DNA of 32,000 nt from Lachnospiraceae bacterium (GTDB lineage Bacteria; Bacillota; Clostridia; Lachnospirales; Lachnospiraceae), in assembly GCA_021770755.1 (NCBI GenBank), contig JAETQI010000021.1, forward strand, positions 29,379 through 61,378, read 5' to 3'. Below are positions 1 to 7,239 of this stretch, in pieces. The notes under the pieces were generated by a model. It did no database searches and was not told the DNA's origin. It was given only the letters and a program-made list of their open reading frames with translations. A program made the translations under genes and the position numbers. Position 1 is the first letter of the stretch; every line of letters starts with the position of its first letter.

Positions 1-1758
1 AGAAAGTCCTTGTCCTATGGGGTGTGCTCCGAACATGTCCTTCAGGAACTGGAATCAGACCGCTATGCATCGGATGGATTGATGCTGGATATCCTTCTGC
101 AGCGTCTGGGACAATCCCCCGATAAGTTTGAGATGGTATTAGGCAGCAAACTGTTCAATATGATCCGACTGCGTGATCTGATCGAAGAAGCTGTTTACCG
201 CGGGAAAAGAAAACTGGCAGAACTGCTGCTGCAAAATTATCCGTCACGTACCCATGTCGATGAGATGTATCATCACCGCATGGAGGCATTTCTCATTTAT
301 CACATGGACGGAAACTGCGCGCTCGCGGCAGAACACCTGCACAGATCCATTATCCGCACGCTTCCTGCGTATTCTTATGAACACTTTTATGACCAGATGG
401 AACGCTATCTTCTTTCCACCGTGGAGCTGGAAAACCTGCTCGCCCTCGAACGGATGCATCTTGAAGCGGATCCCGGGGTCAGCTCGATCTTGCCGGTCTC
501 GAAACACCATCTCGAACGCTGTATGAATTATATTGAAAACCATTTCAGTGATGACGAGGAGCGTGCAAAGCTTATCAGCAAATGCGCATGGCTGACCGCA
601 AGGATCTGTTATCTGGAAAAAGACTATATGCAGGCTATTGTTTCCTGCAAAAAGGGTGTGGCACAACTGCGGAAAAATACGATCCTGTATTTTATGCTGC
701 CTCTGCTGGAACTGATGGTGCGATCAGAGACGGCACTTGGCATCGCACCGGATCGGAGCAAATGGGTACAATATTATGATATATTGACCTTCTTATGGAA
801 AGGGTATACCCCAAAGTGGTATCCGACAGACGCATTGCTTCACAATTGCTGTCAGAGGGACTATCATCTGGATCATGAGCTGATCCGGTCCGAGCGGGAA
901 TCAAAACGTATGACACAGGCACAGCTTGCAGCCGATATCTATCAGAACACGGAATCCCTCTCGCGTGTAGAGACCGGAACAGTAGCTCCGAACAATAAGA
1001 CCTTTGAGAAGATCATGGATAAGCTGGGACTGGAAAAGCGCAGATACAACGGGTGTGTTATCACCAGATCCTTTGAGGTGATGGAGCTGAAACGTAGTAT
1101 CGACGGTTTTCTGATGCGCCGGAATTATCAACAGGCAAGGGAGGCAACTGACAGACTGAAAAGCGCCCTTGATATGGAAATATCAGAAAACCAAATGGTC
1201 GTCAGCCTCTATGAAATTCTCACAGCGAAAGCTCTTGATGAAATGACATCAGCGGAAGCTCTTGAACAGTTAAAAAAATTGTCGGGAAGATTTATGCGGT
1301 TTGAAGAGAAAACTTTCTCACATATTCCTATGAGAAACGAGGTTCTGGTCATCAATAATATCTGTATTTCCCTATGCGGAACCGGACGCTGGGACGAGGC
1401 AGTTGATCTATATCGGATCGCATTAGAAAAAATAAGAAGCAGTAAGGTCGACGTAAAATACAGATACCGCTCTTATCAGCTCCTATACAATAATTATATA
1501 CATGAACACCAGGGCAAAGATATCGTGGAAGCGCTTGAGGAATTGCAGTTGGAATTCCTGTGTGGGAAGGCTATGACACTCCCCCTTTGTATCGATAACA
1601 TTTTACAAATATTGATCAGAAATGATGTTCCCATAAAAGACTGTGATGAGTGGATAAAAGCAGTATATTATATATGTGACTTGTTTTACTTCGAAAAAGA
1701 TAAGCAGATATATAAACAATTTCTTGAAAATAGTCGTTCTATAGAACTTATAGATTAG
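1..1758 (+). CDS. XRE-type HTH + TPR-like transcriptional regulator (RNPP/Rgg-like) with two HTH-repeat modules in one frame; 5' partial
   Basis: The frame is open from position 1 (aga aag tcc ttg...), so the listed TTG at 10 is not the true start. The N-terminus is the tail of HTH-1 (GVCSEHVLQELESDRYASDGLMLDILLQRLGQSPDKFE). A complete second HTH sits at aa ~300-345 (MTQAQLAADIYQNTESLSRVETGTVAPNNKTFEKIMDKLG, ATG at 910). Each HTH is followed by ~230-250 aa of helical-repeat sequence. Stop TAG at 1756-1758. Confidence 0.7.
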   Translation, partial: RKSLSYGVCSEHVLQELESDRYASDGLMLDILLQRLGQSPDKFEMVLGSKLFNMIRLRDLIEEAVYRGKRKLAELLLQNYPSRTHVDEMYHHRMEAFLIYHMDGNCALAAEHLHRSIIRTLPAYSYEHFYDQMERYLLSTVELENLLALERMHLEADPGVSSILPVSKHHLERCMNYIENHFSDDEERAKLISKCAWLTARICYLEKDYMQAIVSCKKGVAQLRKNTILYFMLPLLELMVRSETALGIAPDRSKWVQYYDILTFLWKGYTPKWYPTDALLHNCCQRDYHLDHELIRSERESKRMTQAQLAADIYQNTESLSRVETGTVAPNNKTFEKIMDKLGLEKRRYNGCVITRSFEVMELKRSIDGFLMRRNYQQAREATDRLKSALDMEISENQMVVSLYEILTAKALDEMTSAEALEQLKKLSGRFMRFEEKTFSHIPMRNEVLVINNICISLCGTGRWDEAVDLYRIALEKIRSSKVDVKYRYRSYQLLYNNYIHEHQGKDIVEALEELQLEFLCGKAMTLPLCIDNILQILIRNDVPIKDCDEWIKAVYYICDLFYFEKDKQIYKQFLENSRSIELID

Positions 1759-1760
1759 TA

Positions 1761-1832
1761 CTCCATCCAGTTAGAAATCAGAGTATGGTGCGAAACAGAC
1801 AGTCACAGACTCCAATTTCTAACCGGAGGGAG
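1761..1832. terminator. Long imperfect hairpin between convergent genes (possible bidirectional terminator)
   Basis: Left arm tccagttagaaatcagagt (1766-1784) pairs with actccaatttctaaccgga (1809-1827): 19 positions with 3 mismatches. It extends through ctcc/ggag-type pairs. No clear U-tract on either strand. Confidence 0.35.
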
Positions 1833-1834
1833 TA

Positions 1835-2005
1835 TTAGTATCCACTTTCAATTGAAGGAAAACTCGGACATTCTTCACTGCATACTGATATAGCATTTTT
1901 ATCCTGACTTCTTTCCAGACTTACTTTATATCCAGATGCAGAAACGACTACTGCCATAAGAGTTGAGAATAAAATTGTTTGTACGATTGTTTTTACTTTT
2001 TTCAT
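1835..2005 (-). CDS. Small secreted peptide (56 aa) with Sec-type signal peptide; candidate propeptide pheromone
   Basis: Below the ORF-track cutoff. ATG at 2005-2003, TAA at 1837-1835. My translation: MKKVKTIVQTILFSTLMAVVVSASGYKVSLERSQDKNAISVCSEECPSFPSIESGY. It has a basic n-region, a hydrophobic h-region and a VSA/SG cleavage-like site. AAAGGAA lies ~9 nt upstream of the ATG, and a TATAAT (minus strand, 2070-2065) lies further upstream. Confidence 0.5.
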   Translation of the reverse strand: MKKVKTIVQTILFSTLMAVVVSASGYKVSLERSQDKNAISVCSEECPSFPSIESGY

Positions 2006-2084
2006 AATACCTGTTCCTTTCTATGATATTTTGCAGTACAGTTGGTGCCATAATATTCTTGTCTATTATACAGGAAGCTCCCAT

Positions 2085-2149
2085 AAAGTACATGACTTTT
2101 TGCATATAATAAAAAAGAATTTTTTTGTATGTAAGAAGTCATGTACTTT
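2085..2149. promoter_or_regulatory. Perfect 14-bp inverted repeat in the divergent promoter region (candidate operator or activator site)
   Basis: aaagtacatgactt (2085-2098) is the exact reverse complement of aagtcatgtacttt (2136-2149). The 37-nt AT-rich spacer contains TATAAT (2105-2110). The right arm is followed by T7. Confidence 0.5.
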
Positions 2150-2229
2150 TTTTGATATCAGTGTATCATATGGATTATCCGGAATGAGGCATGCATTAGA
2201 CCGGAAATAATCAGAGAGGAGGTAAGCAT

Positions 2230-2313
2230 ATGAAAATCGTTTGTAAACCAGTAAAAGTAAAGGTAAATTCCCACGAAGAAGGTCCTTTATGCTGCAACGG
2301 CGTACAATTCTAA
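2230..2313 (+). CDS. Candidate RiPP precursor peptide (27 aa)
   Basis: Below the ORF-track cutoff. ATG 2230, TAA 2311-2313. My translation: MKIVCKPVKVKVNSHEEGPLCCNGVQF. A strong SD (gagaggaggt) ends 6 nt before the ATG. The gene lies 77 nt upstream of, and co-directional with, the radical-SAM/SPASM gene. Confidence 0.65.
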   Translation: MKIVCKPVKVKVNSHEEGPLCCNGVQF

Positions 2314-2327
2314 CATCGTAACTTACA

Positions 2328-2372
2328 GATCAAGCAGGAGACCTTGACCATGTCAAAGCCTTCTGCTTGATC
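2328..2372 (+). promoter_or_regulatory. Intercistronic stem-loop between precursor and maturase genes (candidate attenuator or stabiliser)
   Basis: gatcaagcag (2328-2337) pairs with ctgcttgatc (2363-2372). The stem extends about 3 more pairs including one G-U. The loop is ~20 nt and there is no U-tract. Confidence 0.5.
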
Positions 2373-2390
2373 AATTGAATAGGAGGTCAA

Positions 2391-3575
2391 ATGAAAGAAT
2401 CAATATTTAATTACCACTTCTTAATAAATAATAAGGAATACATTTTCAACACGAACAATGGCGGTTTGATAGAAATAAATCCCAATGGTTTTACTGATGA
2501 AGAAAAAAAGATTTTAAGTGAAAACCGCTTTTGGGTCGAGGATCAGTACGACGAAGTCTGCGAACTGGAAAAAGAAATAAATGAAAATATTCAACAAGGT
2601 AGTGAAGATCTAACGCTCACGCTCGCCCTGACATATCAATGCAATTTTCATTGCGTATATTGTTTTGAAGATAAGAATGACAAGGTCATGGAAAAAGAAA
2701 CAGCACAGGAAATCATTGAAAAAGTCGCGCAGATATTGTCCGAACATAAGTATAACAGATTAAGAATACATTATTACGGTGGCGAGCCTCTCTTAAATTT
2801 AGATGTATTGCTTTATTTTCATGAGAGGTTCAAAATAATTTCCGAAAATACAGGAATTCCATACAAACCATGTCTTACTACAAATGGATCCATGCTGACA
2901 AATGAATTGATTTCTTCCTTGAATTTTGATACAATACAATTAACATTCGATGGCTTAGCAAAAACACATAACAGCCTTAGAGTTTCAGATATATTTCGCT
3001 TTGACGAACAGGTACAATTGCTGGGGAGGATTCTGGAACATTCTGATACTCAGATACGATTCCGTGTCAATCTATGCCGGCAGAATAGAATTGAAGTCAT
3101 GGAATTATATCATTATATTACAGAAAAATACGGAAAGAAAAGAATCTTATTTATTCCAAACAGAATGATAAAATTCCATGAAGAAGATCAGTTTGACATG
3201 CTTAGTATAAAAGAATATTCAGATGCGTTATTAGAAATAAAGGATGCACTGTCTGATGAGTATAAGCTTCCAACTCCGGAAAGAACCCCTTGCAGTTTTG
3301 TGTGCAGAAATGCATTTTCAATTGATACAGACGGGAACTGCGATTTTTGCGAGACAACGAAGGAAAAGAAGAGTTACAAATTCAAAGATATTGATGTGCG
3401 TAAAAAGAGAGCAATCCACTTTCGGGAGGAATGCAGAAACTGCAAGTGTCTTCCAATCTGTCTGGGAGGCTGTGTCGTTCAATATAACCTCAATGCAGGC
3501 TCCTGTACTTATGAGAAATATCATATGGAGCATATCATAACGAAGTATCTCCAATCCGTCAATACCAATTCATGA
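2391..3575 (+). CDS. Radical SAM/SPASM-domain peptide maturase
   Basis: CX3CX2C cluster motif (YQCNFHCVYCFE), a GGEPLL motif, and a Cys-rich C-terminal SPASM-type region (CSFVC...CDFC...CRNCKCLPICLGGC...C). An ~85-aa N-terminal extension sits before the cluster motif, where RiPP recognition elements usually lie. AGGAGGT sits just upstream of the ATG. Confidence 0.9.
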   Translation: MKESIFNYHFLINNKEYIFNTNNGGLIEINPNGFTDEEKKILSENRFWVEDQYDEVCELEKEINENIQQGSEDLTLTLALTYQCNFHCVYCFEDKNDKVMEKETAQEIIEKVAQILSEHKYNRLRIHYYGGEPLLNLDVLLYFHERFKIISENTGIPYKPCLTTNGSMLTNELISSLNFDTIQLTFDGLAKTHNSLRVSDIFRFDEQVQLLGRILEHSDTQIRFRVNLCRQNRIEVMELYHYITEKYGKKRILFIPNRMIKFHEEDQFDMLSIKEYSDALLEIKDALSDEYKLPTPERTPCSFVCRNAFSIDTDGNCDFCETTKEKKSYKFKDIDVRKKRAIHFREECRNCKCLPICLGGCVVQYNLNAGSCTYEKYHMEHIITKYLQSVNTNS

Positions 3576-3597
3576 TAAGGAGTCCAAAATGAAAACA
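3553..3597 (+). repeat. 45-nt direct repeat, copy A (3' end of rSAM gene + RBS + first 3 codons of ABC gene)
   Basis: aatccgtcaataccaattcatgataaggagtccaaaatgaaaaca matches 8761-8805 at 42 of 45 positions. Confidence 0.9.
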
Positions 3598-5163
3598 AAA
3601 GTGCTGAAAAAATACCCCATCCAGGTTCTGATGATGACAGTCACGTTTCTGATCACGATGACGCTGCCCGTGCTGATGAGCTACCTGATCGACAATATTC
3701 TGGAATCAGGCGATATGCATACGCTGGTCCGGTGGTTTGCGGTCACATTCGGCGTGTCGGTCGTGGGATATCTGTTCAAATTCTATTTCTGTGAATATAC
3801 TCCCGTAAAACTGGGCATCAAAAATACATTTCAGCTACAGAAAAAATCCGCTTCGGATATCCTTAGGATGAATCAGTCCTTATATACGCAGAAGGACAAA
3901 GGATATTATTACAATGTCTGCTCCAATAGCTGCGCTTCTTACGGCGACCTGCATGAAGAGACCCGTCTGAGAATGATAAGCTGTCTGCTCTATATTTTTA
4001 GTATCCTTGCCGTTATTACCTGCGTGGATACCTTTTTTGGCATCTTTTTTCTGATCTACGGGGCAATTCTTGTCGTGATCTCCCTCAACAGCTCCAAGCC
4101 GCTCTATGCGATGCAAAAAGTAGTTTTGCCCACGCAGGATAAATATCTCAGCGGGATACGCAATATCATTGAGAACAAGGCTGGGATCAATGCCCTCCAT
4201 ACAGAGGATTACTTCGAACAAGAGTACACAAAATGTGTGGGAAATTACGAAAAATTTGTTCTAAGATATCGTTTCTTTGAATATTTCTGCAGTTATCTTC
4301 CCAGTATCATCAACCAGATATTTGGCGTGGCGTATCTGTTTATTGCCGCCGTGCTTGTATTTAAGGGAAATATCACCGCCGGCGTGCTGCTGATGGGATA
4401 TCAGTACCTTGGTTATTTCTCCAACCCGATCTCAACCGTGTGCGGTATCCTGATGCGCTACCGGTCAAACAAAATACATATTGAGCGAGTCGACGAGCTG
4501 ACGCTGGACGCAGAGAAGCCAGACGAGCTGACAGCGTATCGTACGGAGGAGGATACCATTTTTACAGCCAATGATTTTGATTTCTACAAGGGGAACCAGC
4601 CGGAAGATTTCCTGTATCACATTCAGCATATGGAACTGCAAAAAAACGGTCTGTATGTGATCAAAGGTGAAAACGGGAGCGGCAAAAGCATGCTGATGAA
4701 CCTGATCCTTGGAAATATCACACCCCGGAACTGCACCGGAAATTTCAGTGTATCAAAGGATACCGGCAATACTACATTTTTGACCTATCCTATTTTCACA
4801 GTTGACGGAAGCTTCGAGGATAATCTATACGAAAAACCTAAGATAGAGCACCTGATCAAAATGCTGGGCATTGATTTTGAAGAGAAAGAGATCACAAGCA
4901 ACCCGATCAACTTAAGCTACGGACAGCAGCAGAAGCTTGCCCTGTACAGGGTATTTGCGTCGGACACACCGGTCTTCTTTCTGGATGAACCGCTGTCCAA
5001 TCTGGATATCGAAACACAGGAAAAGGTTCTGGCATATATCAGGCATCTGAAAGGTACCAAAACGCTGCTTGTCGTCATGCACAGCAGCGAATTGGACGAC
5101 GCGGCGGATGATATCATACTGATCAAGGATCATCAGGCGACCATGATGAAGACAGGTGCGTAA
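3589..5163 (+). CDS. ABC transporter, fused permease/ATP-binding half-transporter
   Basis: Hydrophobic N-terminal half. Walker A GENGSGKS, signature-like LSYGQQQK, Walker B VFFLDEPLSNLD. No N-terminal C39 peptidase domain. Only a 13-nt gap after the rSAM gene. Confidence 0.9.
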   Translation: MKTKVLKKYPIQVLMMTVTFLITMTLPVLMSYLIDNILESGDMHTLVRWFAVTFGVSVVGYLFKFYFCEYTPVKLGIKNTFQLQKKSASDILRMNQSLYTQKDKGYYYNVCSNSCASYGDLHEETRLRMISCLLYIFSILAVITCVDTFFGIFFLIYGAILVVISLNSSKPLYAMQKVVLPTQDKYLSGIRNIIENKAGINALHTEDYFEQEYTKCVGNYEKFVLRYRFFEYFCSYLPSIINQIFGVAYLFIAAVLVFKGNITAGVLLMGYQYLGYFSNPISTVCGILMRYRSNKIHIERVDELTLDAEKPDELTAYRTEEDTIFTANDFDFYKGNQPEDFLYHIQHMELQKNGLYVIKGENGSGKSMLMNLILGNITPRNCTGNFSVSKDTGNTTFLTYPIFTVDGSFEDNLYEKPKIEHLIKMLGIDFEEKEITSNPINLSYGQQQKLALYRVFASDTPVFFLDEPLSNLDIETQEKVLAYIRHLKGTKTLLVVMHSSELDDAADDIILIKDHQATMMKTGA

Positions 5164-5188
5164 GGAACTCTGAAAAATAACGGAGAGG

Positions 5189-7228
5189 ATGGAGGTAAAA
5201 CAGTTGAATCTTCAGGAGGAAAAGGAACATTTACTTGTTGGTCTCAAAGCTTTGCAGGCTACGGCAGAAAAGCTGTTGAAAAAGGTGATGCACTACTCTG
5301 AAAATTACCGCGATTCTGCAAGATATGTCTGGGAGAGCCAGAGTGAATTTGATGAATACGAAGCGATCTTTAACCGGCTGCTGATCGACCAGGTAGTCGA
5401 TTCGGGGGAACAGACGAAAGAAAGGCTGCATCAGATCATCAAAATGATGGACTCTCCGTATTTTGCACGGATCGATTTTTTGATGGAAGAGGATCCGGAA
5501 CCCATGAAGGTTTACATTGGAAAATTTTCTTTCTGGGACGATAATGGTGAGTTCGAAGTATTTGACTGGCGTGCACCGATCTCCGGAATGTATTATGAGT
5601 ACGGATACGGAAATGCCCATTATGATGCACCGATGGGAAGGATCGAAGGGCAACTGGTCTGCAAGCGGCAGTACAAAATCAGCCGCGGAAATCTGGAGTA
5701 TGCGCTGGAGAGTGGTATCGGCATCAGTGACGAGATCTTACAGCAGGAGCTTGCAAAGAATGCGGATCATAAGATGGCAGATATCGTTGCCACGATCCAG
5801 AAGGAGCAGAATAAACTGATCCGGGATCTTTCATCAGATACACTGATCATTCATGGTGTTGCAGGTTCCGGCAAGACCTCTATCGCACTGCATCGGATCG
5901 CCTATTTTTTATACAAATATAAAGGTCAGATCACATCAAAGAATTTCCTGATCATCTCGCCAAACGGCGTTTTTGTCGATTATATTGCAGACGTCCTTCC
6001 AGAACTTGGCGAGGAGAATGTCAGATGCATTGCCATGGATGATATCGCGGAAAAAATTCTGGGAAAAGAATACCACTGCGAAAGAATGAATCTGCAGGCA
6101 GAACGGTATTTGCAAAGAGCCGAGGATACCGACTGGAAGAACAGAAACCAGTTTAAAAACTCTGTAGAATTTTTAAAACGATTAGATGATTATCTGCTGA
6201 AATGTGATAAAGAGAATTTTCAAGAAGAAGATTACCACTATGAGGGCGACATGGTCGAAGCTGCATATCTGCGAAAATGTTACGATATCAGGAAAGCACT
6301 GCCCGTAAGGGAACGGTTTCAGGAAATTGCCGCGCTGATATCCAGGGACATTCGGGAAGTTCACAGGAATGATCTGTTCGAGTGGCTGATGGAACGGTAT
6401 GACAGAAATCATGTACTGCAGCTATACCGGGATTTTTACGAAGATCTCGGTATGCCCGATTTTTTTCATTATGCGGAGGGCATGGAAATCGAAAGCTCGG
6501 ATGTTTTCCCGCTCGTATATGTGAAAATGTATCTGGAAGGTTTTATACGGGAACCGGAGATCAAGTACCTGATCATTGATGAAATGCAGGATTATTCACC
6601 GATCCAATATGCCGTCATCAATAAACTTTACAAGTGCAGAAAAACGATTCTCGGCGACTTCTGTCAGAATGTCGTTCCTTTTACAGGAAACCATTTTGAC
6701 TTTTTCCATCAGATGTATGCAAATGCGCAATTCATAGAAATTCATAAAAGCTATCGTTCCACTTATGAGATCATGAGCTATGCCGGGAAAATCAAAAAGG
6801 ATCAAAAACTTGATCCCATTGAACGGCATGGCAGTGAACCCTCTGAGGTCTCATTTGAGAGTCGCATGGACGAGGAAGCTTATCTGATCAGTGCAGTCAA
6901 ACGTGCACAGGCGGACAAGAAAAACGGCAAACTGGGCATTATCTGCAAAAGCCACCCGCAAGCGGAATCCTTGTTCCACACATTGTCTGGTGCTGGTGAT
7001 GTTCATCTGTTTACTTATGATACAGATGTGTTTTACAGTGGTGTGATCGTGACATCCGTATCACTTTCAAAAGGACTGGAATTTGACGAGGTCCTGATCG
7101 TGGACGCCGACCAGCAAAACTATTGTACACAATATGACCGCAATCTGCTTTATGTAGCGTGCACGCGGGCAATGCATCGTTTAAAGCTGCTTTATTGCGG
7201 AAAAAAGAGCAGATTTCTGGAAGGATAA
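5189..7228 (+). CDS. helD: HelD-type (helicase IV-like) UvrD/Rep superfamily-1 ATPase
   Basis: N-terminal coiled-coil-like segment, then YFARIDF...YIGK...DWRAPISGMYY. Walker A GVAGSGKTS, IIDEMQDYSP, KSYRST, and C-terminal SLSKGLEFDEVLIVDAD...LLYVACTRAMHRL. The start could instead be TTG 5204, which has better spacing to GGAGGT. Confidence 0.85.
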   Translation: MEVKQLNLQEEKEHLLVGLKALQATAEKLLKKVMHYSENYRDSARYVWESQSEFDEYEAIFNRLLIDQVVDSGEQTKERLHQIIKMMDSPYFARIDFLMEEDPEPMKVYIGKFSFWDDNGEFEVFDWRAPISGMYYEYGYGNAHYDAPMGRIEGQLVCKRQYKISRGNLEYALESGIGISDEILQQELAKNADHKMADIVATIQKEQNKLIRDLSSDTLIIHGVAGSGKTSIALHRIAYFLYKYKGQITSKNFLIISPNGVFVDYIADVLPELGEENVRCIAMDDIAEKILGKEYHCERMNLQAERYLQRAEDTDWKNRNQFKNSVEFLKRLDDYLLKCDKENFQEEDYHYEGDMVEAAYLRKCYDIRKALPVRERFQEIAALISRDIREVHRNDLFEWLMERYDRNHVLQLYRDFYEDLGMPDFFHYAEGMEIESSDVFPLVYVKMYLEGFIREPEIKYLIIDEMQDYSPIQYAVINKLYKCRKTILGDFCQNVVPFTGNHFDFFHQMYANAQFIEIHKSYRSTYEIMSYAGKIKKDQKLDPIERHGSEPSEVSFESRMDEEAYLISAVKRAQADKKNGKLGIICKSHPQAESLFHTLSGAGDVHLFTYDTDVFYSGVIVTSVSLSKGLEFDEVLIVDADQQNYCTQYDRNLLYVACTRAMHRLKLLYCGKKSRFLEG

Positions 7229-7239
7229 AGGAGGTATTC

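Noticed and set aside
2023-2112. Plus-strand 29-codon ORF (MIFCSTVGAIIFLSIIQEAPIKYMTFCI) in the divergent promoter region, and tiny ORFs at 2171 and 2350
   Set aside because: None has an RBS. They overlap promoter and inverted-repeat elements. The translations show no precursor-like organisation.
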